Source of the DNA: a virus
Taxonomy: Duplodnaviria > Heunggongvirae > Uroviricota > Caudoviricetes
Strand: one strand, 5' to 3'
DNA length: 64,000 nucleotides
IMG/VR virus record: IMGVR_UViG_3300027710_000009
Part shown: positions 28,700 through 37,952 of the stretch, piece after piece
How positions within the stretch are numbered: position 1 is the first letter of the stretch
How the letters are laid out: each line of letters begins with the position of its first letter
Notes under the pieces: model-generated
Told to the model about the DNA's origin: nothing
The model's database searches: none
The model's input: the letters and a program-made list of their open reading frames with translations, nothing else
Program-made: the position numbers and the translations under genes

Positions 28700-29875
28700 A
28701 TGTCACAACCACGTTGGCCCCTAATGAAGAATGCGATTACCTGGGGTGATCGCTTGAGCATGGTAAAGTTTTTGCTTACCAGTGAGAAATACACAAACGG
28801 ACCACGTGTTCGTGAATTTGAAGCGCAATGGGCAGACTGGGCAGGTAGCAAACATGCTCTCATGGTCAGTTCAGGTAGCACAGCAAACACCTTGATCATC
28901 AGTGCTGTTAAAGAGAAAATGGGTTGGAAAAACGGCGATAAGATTCTTGTGCCCGCTTGTACCTGGGTTACCAACATCAGCCCTGTGTTCCAATCAGGAC
29001 TAACACCAATCTTCTGTGATGTTAACTTGGACAACTTCAGCTTTGATGTTGAACACATGAAACAGATTGCAGTCAAGCATCCTGACATCAAGGGTATCTT
29101 TGTAACTCACTTGCTGGGCTTCTCGGCTGAGAATGAAAAGTATCAAGAAATCTTCCCCAAAGCAGTTATCCTAGATGACGTGTGTGAGAGTCACGGCTGT
29201 ACTGACACCAGTGGTGTTCGTCGTGGTGGTAAAACCACCACAGCAGGTAGCTTTAGCTTTTACTTTGGTCATCACATGACCACAATCGAAGGTGGTATGG
29301 TCAATGTAAACGACAGTGAACTATACGAACTAATGCGTATGAAACGCAGTCACGGCTTGGCACGTGAATCAGGCAACTTAAAAAAGTATGCAGATCAGCA
29401 CCCAGAGATTCACCCACAGTTCTTGTTCATGACAGACGGCTATAACCTACGCAGTTCAGAAATCAACGCTGTGCTGGGTATGAGCCAGTTACCACGCTTG
29501 GATGGCATGATTGAACAGCGCCGTGATAATTTTAGACAGTTCTGCTCTATCATGTGGAATCACCAAGACAAGTTCCATCCTGTTACATGGCAAGAAGGCA
29601 ACAGTAACTTTGCTTTCCCATTCATTTGCAAGACACCAGAAATGGCCAAACAAATGAAACAAGTGTTTACCCGCGAAGGTGTTGAGCATCGTCCTATTGT
29701 GGGCGGCAACTTGCTACGTCAACCATTCCTGGCAGGGCACAAGTTTGGTGTTCCTAAAAAGAACAGCAACGTTGACTTGCTGAACGACAACGGTGTTTAC
29801 ATTGGCAACAGTCACTTTGTCACAAGCAAGGATATGGATTGGCTAGAAGAGACCTTGGAGAAGATCAGTGCATAA
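28700..29875 (+). CDS. DegT-family PLP enzyme with His at the catalytic Lys position (ColD/E1-type 3-dehydratase)
   Basis: VSSGSTAN, DVCESHG, SFSFYFGHHMTTIEGG, GYNLR. Confidence 0.8.
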   Translation: MSQPRWPLMKNAITWGDRLSMVKFLLTSEKYTNGPRVREFEAQWADWAGSKHALMVSSGSTANTLIISAVKEKMGWKNGDKILVPACTWVTNISPVFQSGLTPIFCDVNLDNFSFDVEHMKQIAVKHPDIKGIFVTHLLGFSAENEKYQEIFPKAVILDDVCESHGCTDTSGVRRGGKTTTAGSFSFYFGHHMTTIEGGMVNVNDSELYELMRMKRSHGLARESGNLKKYADQHPEIHPQFLFMTDGYNLRSSEINAVLGMSQLPRLDGMIEQRRDNFRQFCSIMWNHQDKFHPVTWQEGNSNFAFPFICKTPEMAKQMKQVFTREGVEHRPIVGGNLLRQPFLAGHKFGVPKKNSNVDLLNDNGVYIGNSHFVTSKDMDWLEETLEKISA

Positions 29876-30275
29876 AGTAAACGAGTTACTTGCGCCTATT
29901 TCGGTAGGCGAGTTGTACGACAAGATCTCTATCTTGGAAATCAAACTCATGCACGTGGGCGACAACGAATCCAAGCGGGCAAACATTCAAAAAGAGCTTG
30001 ATAAACTAAACCGTATCAAGCATGACCTCAAGTTGCCAGACAGCTTGAACAAACGTGCCGAAGTTGAGGAAGTATACCAAGAGCTAAAGAACATCAATTT
30101 GGCTCTCTGGAAGATTGAAGACATGAAGCGCCGTCACGAAAAAGAACAGAATTTTGATCAGACATTTATTGCGCTGGCTCGTCAAGTTTACATCAACAAC
30201 GACCGCCGTGCAGAAGTCAAACGCAAGATTAATGAAATGTTGCACAGCGACATTGTAGAAGAAAAGATCTATTGA
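29868..30275 (+). CDS. Coiled-coil protein, DUF6165-like
   Basis: PISVGELYDKISILEIK...LWKIED...FIALARQVY..ND.R. Confidence 0.7.
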   Translation: MHKVNELLAPISVGELYDKISILEIKLMHVGDNESKRANIQKELDKLNRIKHDLKLPDSLNKRAEVEEVYQELKNINLALWKIEDMKRRHEKEQNFDQTFIALARQVYINNDRRAEVKRKINEMLHSDIVEEKIY

Positions 30276-31216
30276 TGATACATACTATTTGTTTTTTTAA
30301 TTACTGGCACAACGGTGATGTCTATGCAGGCAAAGGCTACATGCAAGACATCATTCGTCAAATGCCTACTGTGAAGTTCCAACATGCTCAACTCAACAGT
30401 TTGAAGACCATGAGTGATCTCAACTGTGAACACATTCACACTGACACGCTGGGCACAGGTGTGCCTAGTTCTGTTCGTTATGTTGACCTCAACGGTGTGC
30501 TATACATCAACACCTGGGTAGGCGCATACGGCAATGCTGTTATTCCGCAAGGACAACATCATGCCAACTGGGTCAGCTTATACAAGATGTGGATGCACAT
30601 CTATGATGTAATTGATCAGGTGTTTGGTATTGCACTTGAACGCACAGACGACATTACTCATTACATTCCAACCACTGACTGGTCAAAATTTGATATTGCT
30701 CCTGCGAATCGTTTCCTGGGCCAACACCAAAATATTGTCCTGATGTGTAACGGACTTGTTCGTAGTACCCAAAGCAATTTAGGTGCCATGGATGATGTTA
30801 TTATTCCACTTGCATTAGAAAATCCAGAAATTGACTTTGTTTGCACTAGTAAATTTGACACAACTGGAGTAGATGCCACCAACATCTATTTTACAGATGA
30901 TATTTTTAAGGATGTGCAAAACGGTGACATTAACGAAATTGCATATCTAAGTACCCGAGCATTTTTGATCATGGGTAAAAATTCAGGTCCGTTTATGTTT
31001 ACTCATATACAAGAAAACATCTTGGATCCAAACAAGATCTTCATGAGTATGAGTCATCGTAGCAGTGACAGCTATGCATGGGGTGTGCAAGGATTTGAAT
31101 GTCGTTATTACCATTACTCAGGTGACGATGCACCCAATGCGGCCGGTGTGTTGCGCGAGGCCATAAAAAACCGGAACGTGTTAGGTCCCGGTGCTATTGA
31201 AGAAGTTGGTATTTAA
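30272..31216 (+). CDS. Hypothetical protein, GT-B-like
   Basis: HNGD near N-terminus; GKNSGP motif resembling GT9. Confidence 0.5.
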   Translation: MMIHTICFFNYWHNGDVYAGKGYMQDIIRQMPTVKFQHAQLNSLKTMSDLNCEHIHTDTLGTGVPSSVRYVDLNGVLYINTWVGAYGNAVIPQGQHHANWVSLYKMWMHIYDVIDQVFGIALERTDDITHYIPTTDWSKFDIAPANRFLGQHQNIVLMCNGLVRSTQSNLGAMDDVIIPLALENPEIDFVCTSKFDTTGVDATNIYFTDDIFKDVQNGDINEIAYLSTRAFLIMGKNSGPFMFTHIQENILDPNKIFMSMSHRSSDSYAWGVQGFECRYYHYSGDDAPNAAGVLREAIKNRNVLGPGAIEEVGI

Positions 31217-31371
31217 CTTTCCTCAGTACCTTTGGCATCAAGGTACTGTTTCAACACACGCATGAGCTTGCGACTGGTATCGTACACATACTCACGTGTG
31301 TCACCATCTTCGCCAGTGATGCTCAAAATGTAGCCGTTTGCGGCTTTGCGAATTTCCATATTTTCAAACAT
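31213..31371 (-). CDS. 52-aa hypothetical protein
   Basis: MFENMEIRKAANGYILSITGEDGDTREYVY...; AAGG SD. Confidence 0.6.
   Translation of the reverse strand: MFENMEIRKAANGYILSITGEDGDTREYVYDTSRKLMRVLKQYLDAKGTEES
31224..31251 (+). terminator. Possible terminator of the plus-strand sugar operon
   Basis: CAGTACCTT-tggcatc-AAGGTACTG-TTT. Confidence 0.45.
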
Positions 31372-31425
31372 GTCAGCCTTTCAGTTTAGTTGGATAATGT
31401 ATTATACTACCTACTGAATTAAAAA

Positions 31426-32874
31426 TCAACCTTTGATATAGCCGTATTGTTGAGTGGCAAGCAATGCTCGCTGTATCTTCATGGTCATTGGGTGTCTAGG
31501 AAGTTCTTCGATGATTTCTACTATTCTTGGACGTTCGTGTGATTTTAGTTTGTTGGTATGGATTTTAATTTTTCTTTGTAACACTGATAAATCAATGGCA
31601 TCTAATAGGACTATACAGACTTTTACACAACTCAATCCGTTGCCATCTAAAGCATGAACTGCAACGACGTCATCAACTTCGGGCAGTTCTCGTATGGTAT
31701 CTTCAATCACAACAGGACTAACAAATAATCCATTGGTCTTAAAGGTATCTCTACTTCTGCCTTGCATGTAATAAAAGTCTTGTTTCTTTATAAACACGTC
31801 ATGTGTGGTTACCCATCCGTCAACAAAACTTGGCGCACCTTGTGTTATTTCTCTCACAGCATTGCATTTGGACCTGGTCCATACCTCGCCGGGTTCACCG
31901 TCTGCTACAACGTAGCCTTGTTGATCTCGAAGTTCAAGTTCTAATTCACTGTCAACCAATCTCAATGAGCCCAACGGGTTGCCAGGTAGTTGTACCATGG
32001 TTACTCCGTTTTGAGAGGCACCCACAAGATTGTATAGATGTTGATCATATTGGACCTGCCATTGTTGTTGTAATCTGATAGAGCAGATATCGCCAGCTAC
32101 TACACAAAACTCAGGTATTTCAGATTTTTGCAATGTTTTTCTTCGTAGCAGTATTGAATAGATTGGGGGACTAGAATAAAAATTCTTGACTTTGTATTTT
32201 ACAATATTGTTATGCACTACGCTGGGTGAGAATGATCGAGACTCCACCACTATGCTGGAACCTTTCATCAGCGCACCATGTAGCATCATCAATCCGTAAG
32301 AAGTTTCTATAGGAGCCACAGTGTACACTGTGCCTTTTCCAATGGTTTCTTTGTTAGGGAAGTCACTGAGACCAGTGGCATGGTAAAACATACTTCTATA
32401 TGATTGCACTAGTGCGTCTGCATTTCCACCTGTACCACTGCTCCAACAGATGCACGATTCGTTATCGGGTTGTGTATGAATAATGTCATAGACTTCAGAT
32501 TGAGCAAGGTATTCTGTGTAATTTTTAATCACTATGGTGTTTTGGTCAACAAGACTGTCGTATAGCTGGTCTGTAATTATTACATTGCACCCGGTTAGTA
32601 AACAACGTCTTTTCATCTCGTCTGGGGTTATCCTGCGAAGCAATTGAACATATGTTATACCAAGTTGTGCTAGAGCAAGTCTTACAGCCACTGCGGTTAT
32701 ACTGTCAGAAAATGTCACTCCTACAGATTTTTGGCCCAGCAAGTGCTTGAACGCAAAAGCCAACTTGGAAATCAGTATCATTAAATCTTGATATGTGATT
32801 GATTCGTTATTGTCATAGATTGCTACTTTATTAGGCACCTGAATTGAGATCAATTTTATTTGTTCAATGATCAT
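31426..32874 (-). CDS. Adenylate-forming (ANL/acyl-CoA ligase-like) protein, paralog 2
   Basis: WSSGTGG, GEVW, QGRSRDTFKTNG.FVSP..IED, TMKIQR. Confidence 0.75.
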   Translation of the reverse strand: MIIEQIKLISIQVPNKVAIYDNNESITYQDLMILISKLAFAFKHLLGQKSVGVTFSDSITAVAVRLALAQLGITYVQLLRRITPDEMKRRCLLTGCNVIITDQLYDSLVDQNTIVIKNYTEYLAQSEVYDIIHTQPDNESCICWSSGTGGNADALVQSYRSMFYHATGLSDFPNKETIGKGTVYTVAPIETSYGLMMLHGALMKGSSIVVESRSFSPSVVHNNIVKYKVKNFYSSPPIYSILLRRKTLQKSEIPEFCVVAGDICSIRLQQQWQVQYDQHLYNLVGASQNGVTMVQLPGNPLGSLRLVDSELELELRDQQGYVVADGEPGEVWTRSKCNAVREITQGAPSFVDGWVTTHDVFIKKQDFYYMQGRSRDTFKTNGLFVSPVVIEDTIRELPEVDDVVAVHALDGNGLSCVKVCIVLLDAIDLSVLQRKIKIHTNKLKSHERPRIVEIIEELPRHPMTMKIQRALLATQQYGYIKG

Positions 32875-32878
32875 ATGA

Positions 32879-34300
32879 TTAGGTTCTTAACAGCCCTCGC
32901 TGTACCTTCATGGTCACAGGGTGCATGGGTATTTTATCAATGATTTCTATTAGTTTAGGACGTTCGTGCGATTCTAGTTTACTGGTGTGAAATTTAATTT
33001 TGCTTTGTAATACTGATAGATCTATTGTGTGTGTTGGTACTATGCAAACTTTTACACAACTCAGTCCATTATCGTCAATGGCATGTACTGCAACAACCTC
33101 ATCAACTTCTGACAGTTCTCTAATGGTATCTTCAATCTTAATCGGGCTAACAAACTTACCCGAAGTTTTGAAAGTGTCTTTGCTACGACCTTGCATGTAA
33201 AAGTAATCTTGTTTCTTTATTAAAATATCGCGAGTGGTCAACCAACCATCTACAAGACTGGCAATGCCTTCAGTTATTTCTCTCACAGCATTACATTTGG
33301 TTTTCATCCAAATTTCACCAGGCTCGTTATCCTGCACAACATTACCTTGAGCATCGCGCAGTTCAAGTTCTAGTTCGCTGTCAAATATTTTCAATGCTCC
33401 CCACGGATCACCTGGCATTCTAGCAAGCGAAAGACCATTTTGACTACTTCCAAGGAAATTATGCAAGTGGGTGCCGTATTCTTCTTGCCATTGTTGTTGT
33501 AATCTAATAGAGCATAAATCACCAGACGAGGCACATACATTAGGTACCGCATGTTTTGGTAATGCTTTTCTTCTTAGCAACACAGAATATACCGGAGGAC
33601 TAGAAGCAAAATTTGTTACTTTGTATTTTACAATGTTGTTGGATACTATGCTTGGCGAAAATGGTCGAGACTCGACTACTAATCCTGCATCTCCTAACAG
33701 GGCCGCATGCAACATCATTAGACCAAAAGTGGTTTCTATCGGGGCCACAGTGTACACCACACCATTTTCAATTTGTTCGCCTTGGTGTTTGGCCAAGCGA
33801 ATACCAACATGAAACATACTGCGATGAGAATGTACTAGCCCATCTGCTTTACCGCCGGTGCCGCTTGACCAGCTGATGCATAATTCGTCATCAGGCTGTG
33901 CATGAATAGTGGTGTACATGTCCAAATTTTGGTCGTACTTGGATAGATTTTCAATTATGATAGTACGTAAGGTGCCCAACGACTCATAGTGTTCGTTGGT
34001 AATAATTGTATTGCATTGAGATAATCTACACCGTCTTTGTACTTCTTCTGCAGGAAGTCGACGTGGCAGTTGAACATACGTTATACCCAGTTGTGTTAGT
34101 GCTAGTCTTATTGCAACTCCAGCAATACTATCTGGATATACTATACCTACAGATTTTTGACCAATCAAATGTTTGAAATCAAATGCAAGTTTAGCAACTA
34201 GTATTGTTAAATTTTGATATGAGATTGATCCAGTTTCGTCATAAACTGCTATGCGATCAGGTGACGCAAGTGCAGTGGATTTTATTTGTTCAATAATCAT
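32879..34300 (-). CDS. Adenylate-forming (ANL/acyl-CoA ligase-like) protein, paralog 1
   Basis: WSSGTGG, GEIW, QGRSKDTFKTSGKFVSP..IED, TMKVQR; collinear with the neighbour. Confidence 0.75.
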   Translation of the reverse strand: MIIEQIKSTALASPDRIAVYDETGSISYQNLTILVAKLAFDFKHLIGQKSVGIVYPDSIAGVAIRLALTQLGITYVQLPRRLPAEEVQRRCRLSQCNTIITNEHYESLGTLRTIIIENLSKYDQNLDMYTTIHAQPDDELCISWSSGTGGKADGLVHSHRSMFHVGIRLAKHQGEQIENGVVYTVAPIETTFGLMMLHAALLGDAGLVVESRPFSPSIVSNNIVKYKVTNFASSPPVYSVLLRRKALPKHAVPNVCASSGDLCSIRLQQQWQEEYGTHLHNFLGSSQNGLSLARMPGDPWGALKIFDSELELELRDAQGNVVQDNEPGEIWMKTKCNAVREITEGIASLVDGWLTTRDILIKKQDYFYMQGRSKDTFKTSGKFVSPIKIEDTIRELSEVDEVVAVHAIDDNGLSCVKVCIVPTHTIDLSVLQSKIKFHTSKLESHERPKLIEIIDKIPMHPVTMKVQRGLLRT

Positions 34301-34301
34301 G

Positions 34302-35171
34302 TTAGTCTTTGCGTACCACGTTGGTTAGGTCATAGTGTGGTACTGCTGCCAGTGGTTTAGCATCAGCACACATGGTGCAGATTTTAGTGTTGGGTTTGCC
34401 AATGTCTTGCACAAAAGCTTCTATATCATCGTTGATTCCGTAGCCTTTGTAGCTCAAATAGTCTTGCCATGGTGCATTATCTAATAATCCTTGAAGTTCC
34501 AGGATATCTTTAAGATTGGCAATTGGTGCGCATTTATACAATCTGTTTTTGTACAACTGTGGATTGCGAGGAGATGAACAAATTGAATGTGCAGCCACTG
34601 GATCTTTTGATCTCCATGGACGTATTAACATTCCTGTGCCGTGATAGGTTCTAACAAACTCGCTGTACACAGCCATCTTTACACTGACACTGTCCTGTTC
34701 CATGTCTAGATATACATCATCAACAATTTGTGGATGCTTGTTTGTCCATTTACCATGTGCGTTGATTAATGCGTGTGTTCGATGTTGTAGTAAATCAAAT
34801 GACGGACCAATATTCCAATGACAACTGATCCATAATGTGGCATTGCCCACTTGTTTGAGCATGGCAATAGGATCAACAGTTTCAAAGTGCTCTCCATTGG
34901 TCACTAGCTTTATATGTGCATCTGGCCAATGATCACGAGCAGATTTAATAATTTCTGCTAGGTCAGGATTCAGTGTTGGCTCACCACCAGTTATTACCAA
35001 GGTGTCCATGGAGATTTTTTCACTCCAGGCTTGCATCCACTCAGTGGCATCAGACAACGTCACCGACCCTTCGGATCTATTGTGATCACTCATGCTGTTG
35101 CATCCTCTGCATTGCAGAGTGCATGCATGCTCAACAGTAAATTCCAGTAAGGGTAGGTGATGTTTTGTCAT
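34302..35171 (-). CDS. Radical SAM protein
   Basis: CTLQCRGC, TGGEPTLNP, VTNG, additional C-terminal Cys. Confidence 0.85.
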   Translation of the reverse strand: MTKHHLPLLEFTVEHACTLQCRGCNSMSDHNRSEGSVTLSDATEWMQAWSEKISMDTLVITGGEPTLNPDLAEIIKSARDHWPDAHIKLVTNGEHFETVDPIAMLKQVGNATLWISCHWNIGPSFDLLQHRTHALINAHGKWTNKHPQIVDDVYLDMEQDSVSVKMAVYSEFVRTYHGTGMLIRPWRSKDPVAAHSICSSPRNPQLYKNRLYKCAPIANLKDILELQGLLDNAPWQDYLSYKGYGINDDIEAFVQDIGKPNTKICTMCADAKPLAAVPHYDLTNVVRKD

Positions 35172-35186
35172 AGTTTATAATTGGAT

Positions 35187-35336
35187 TTATCGCCCTCGTC
35201 CTGTTGCTTTCATAATCTTTTGTGCTGGCGGTGCTGCCATCTTCATTGTCTGTTGTTTCTGTACCGCTTGTAACTGATGCGGTGCTTTGCTTTCTTTTGC
35301 TTTGGGCACTTTGGCCTTGGAACGTGGATCACCCAT
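35187..35336 (-). CDS. 49-aa basic peptide
   Basis: MGDPRSKAKVPKAKESKAPHQLQAVQKQQTMKMAAPPAQKIMKATGRGR; AGGAG SD; TAAATA at 35389-35394. Confidence 0.6.
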   Translation of the reverse strand: MGDPRSKAKVPKAKESKAPHQLQAVQKQQTMKMAAPPAQKIMKATGRGR

Positions 35337-35411
35337 TTTTTTCTCCTATAGTTGAAGTGGAGCAGAGGACACTCCTGCATCCACTAAGTATTTAATCTAC
35401 ATCAATATTGC

Positions 35412-36107
35412 CTAAACAGTTTTATTGTTCAGATAAATTTTTCTAAGATCCGTACCAGCCAAACTTACTGTTTCTCCTGGTTCCGTATTTCTCATGACCA
35501 TTAGCCCTTGCTGTACCACTGTGCCGCTGGCTATGGTCAAATAACTCTTGAGAATTCCACTACCAAGGCCCAAATAAACATTATCCTGAATGGTGGTGTT
35601 GCCTATCAAAAGAGAATTCCGTTGTAGTACACAGTTGTTACCTACCACACTGTGATCACCTATCCGAGCACCTGAGTACACTGATGTGTAATCACCAATG
35701 GTCAAATTACTAGAAATGTAACTGAAGTTGTCAATAAACACCCCTCGACCAATACGCACATTGTATGTGCATACATGTGCCCACTTGCCTATTACTGTGG
35801 CAACATCAAATTGTTGTTGCTCGCACAAAGCAATCAGCTTATGACGCTTCTGACGATTACGTGCTTGAGATATTTCATTGAATACAGGCGGTTGCCAATT
35901 GGTGGTGCAAAAATACTGATACTGTTTCCAGTGTTCAGGATTGTCAATGAGATCTTGCTCACGGGCAAGGATCGGTATGTCTTGAAACTGTCCTTGTCCG
36001 TGATAGTCATCATCAATGATACCAGCAATTTCAAATCCACTGTCTGTGGCAATGTCACAAAAGTCGTGGATGTTTGAACTGGTGCCCAGCAATAACAATG
36101 GTTTCAT
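35412..36107 (-). CDS. Hexapeptide-repeat acyltransferase (NeuD/PglD-like)
   Basis: Rossmann-like N-terminus (IAGIIDD) plus IGRGVFI/IGDYTSV/VGNNCVL repeats. Confidence 0.75.
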   Translation of the reverse strand: MKPLLLLGTSSNIHDFCDIATDSGFEIAGIIDDDYHGQGQFQDIPILAREQDLIDNPEHWKQYQYFCTTNWQPPVFNEISQARNRQKRHKLIALCEQQQFDVATVIGKWAHVCTYNVRIGRGVFIDNFSYISSNLTIGDYTSVYSGARIGDHSVVGNNCVLQRNSLLIGNTTIQDNVYLGLGSGILKSYLTIASGTVVQQGLMVMRNTEPGETVSLAGTDLRKIYLNNKTV

Positions 36108-36120
36108 TGGCAACAGCTTA

Positions 36121-36390
36121 TCAAGCGGTGCGTTTGATCAAGTGCCAACCAAATTGTGTTTGCACTGGCTGACTCAGGCCACCAACTTCAAGAGCAAAGG
36201 TAGCGTCTTGAAACTGTGGTACCATTTGTCCTGGCCCAAACTTGCCTAATGAACCGCCTGCGGCACGACTTGGACACGAACTGTGTTGCTGTGCCAACGT
36301 GGCAAAATCGTCGCCCGCAGTGATCTGCGTGTGTAATTGTTGTGCCTGTTCTAGGCTAGGCACCAGGATATGACTTGCTTCAACTAACAT
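36121..36390 (-). CDS. ppiC: Parvulin-type peptidyl-prolyl isomerase
   Basis: ASHILV, FATLAQQHSSCPS, GGSLG.F..GQMVPQF, TQFGWHLI. Confidence 0.92.
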   Translation of the reverse strand: MLVEASHILVPSLEQAQQLHTQITAGDDFATLAQQHSSCPSRAAGGSLGKFGPGQMVPQFQDATFALEVGGLSQPVQTQFGWHLIKRTA

Positions 36391-36417
36391 TTTGTTTTCC
36401 TTTGAAAAATTGGTTGG

Positions 36418-36852
36418 TTATACACCATTGACCGTTACTCTACCTATATTGAAACGATTAAATACTCGTTCAACAATATAATACAAAACCAGAAGCACCA
36501 CAAACTGTGAGACTGCAAATGCCGCGGCAGTTTGGTTGCTGTCCGACAAGATCAATTTGGACAAGATAATAGAAAGTACAAAGGTAATCAATCGATAACA
36601 CATAGTTTTGACTACACTACGACGAAGACTTTCTTTACCATGTTCATCTCTGTCCCAATTGACTCTATTCCACGCTCTGTCATGACCATAGTACAACACA
36701 AGGCCAATGCCCAAAATAACCAGTGCCATGAATCCAGACTGGGCCGCACTACCGCCCAGTGCAATGGCAATAGAATACGTTGCTATCAAACAAAGAAGTC
36801 GATAGGTAATGGTTTTTAATACTGTTCTACCATGTGTTTCGATAACTGTCAT
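36418..36852 (-). CDS. Membrane protein with tandem DUF2061-like repeats
   Basis: Two copies of ET..R.V.KT..YR....YY..(D/E)R.(W/F)N. Confidence 0.65.
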   Translation of the reverse strand: MTVIETHGRTVLKTITYRLLCLIATYSIAIALGGSAAQSGFMALVILGIGLVLYYGHDRAWNRVNWDRDEHGKESLRRSVVKTMCYRLITFVLSIILSKLILSDSNQTAAAFAVSQFVVLLVLYYIVERVFNRFNIGRVTVNGV

Positions 36853-36869
36853 AATATCCTCTAATATGT

Positions 36870-37075
36870 TAGTGTTGGGCTACCAGTCCTAGTTGGCCCC
36901 CAACTGAGCTGTTACTCTGTCCAGCTTGCTGTATATCTGGATGATCCAAGCCTTCATCCCAACGATTTCTCCAGGCTCCCAAAAAAAGGACTCTGAGGCA
37001 GATCGTGTGCGCCCGGCATTTATGGTGCTGCCTAACCCTCTTTGTATAACGTAAAAGAGTAAACCGAGGTTCTTG
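36870..37075 (-). ncRNA. Putative structured RNA or 5' leader (~205 nt)
   Basis: No ORF in the track; own promoter TTGACA-18-TATAAT (37082-37111); many hand-found helices. Confidence 0.55.
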
Positions 37076-37114
37076 TAACGTATTATATATGACTGCTCAA
37101 TGAGCTGTCAACAG

Positions 37115-37717
37115 TTACATGGTAGGACCGTTGCCGTTTGTGAAACCCACTGTGCCACCTTCTGCTTCGATACGTGCAATCACTTCTTCGAACAAGATGG
37201 GTGCAAAGTCAGTTTGCTCCACGCACACGCAATGATAACGTGGATCAATTTCGTCGCTGTACAAGATCTCTCCTGTTCTGGCGTCAACACCACGAGGCTT
37301 ACGCACACGGTTGGCATGTGTGTGTCCGTGAATGTTAACACCAAAGCGACCCATTGAATCTGAGTGCAACGGAATATGACTCAAGATCATGCCGTTCATC
37401 ACATGATATGCTCGCAACTCACGAAAGTACTGTCTGTACTCTGCATCTGGAAAGATGTCGTGGTTACCACGGATCAATACCTTGTCACCGTTCAAGCGAG
37501 CCAATGTGGGCAATGCACGTCTGTTGATCACAACGTCACCCAAATGGTACACCTTGTCAGTGGGCCGGACCCGTGCGTTCCACTTTGCAATCATGTCCTC
37601 GTCCATCTCCTCAGGAGTGGAGTAGGGCCTCAACTTTGTGACACCGTCGTTGCGAGTAAACTTGCACACGCCCATGTGACCAAAGTGAGTATCACTTACC
37701 AAAAATACACTAGGCAT
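37115..37717 (-). CDS. Calcineurin-like metallophosphoesterase
   Basis: SDTHFGH, HLGDV, GNHD, SH, HGHTH. Confidence 0.9.
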   Translation of the reverse strand: MPSVFLVSDTHFGHMGVCKFTRNDGVTKLRPYSTPEEMDEDMIAKWNARVRPTDKVYHLGDVVINRRALPTLARLNGDKVLIRGNHDIFPDAEYRQYFRELRAYHVMNGMILSHIPLHSDSMGRFGVNIHGHTHANRVRKPRGVDARTGEILYSDEIDPRYHCVCVEQTDFAPILFEEVIARIEAEGGTVGFTNGNGPTM

Positions 37718-37718
37718 A

Positions 37719-37952
37719 TTATACCCTTTCTTTTTTCATTCGTCCAATACGGCTGGCCTTGTTCCAGGTGTAGGGTACACCATCGGGTGTTTTACCATCA
37801 CGCACACTGTCTACACCAAACCGGCCACACGCTTCAAAGTCAGGTCCTTGTATTGTTACAAAGAAGCCCACTGCCTTTGCCGCTTGCATTGCAGAATCCA
37901 GAGTCTCAAACCCGTCTAGTTCTGCACCTGCTTTGTTAATTAATTTATACAT
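37719..37952 (-). CDS. Small hypothetical protein
   Basis: Intact ORF in operon. Confidence 0.6.
   Translation of the reverse strand: MYKLINKAGAELDGFETLDSAMQAAKAVGFFVTIQGPDFEACGRFGVDSVRDGKTPDGVPYTWNKASRIGRMKKERV

Noticed and set aside
36870-37075. Glycine, SAM or cobalamin riboswitch, or RNase P RNA
   Set aside because: Only scattered words (GGAGA, GAAGG, GGACAGAG) match; order and helices do not fit those consensus structures by eye
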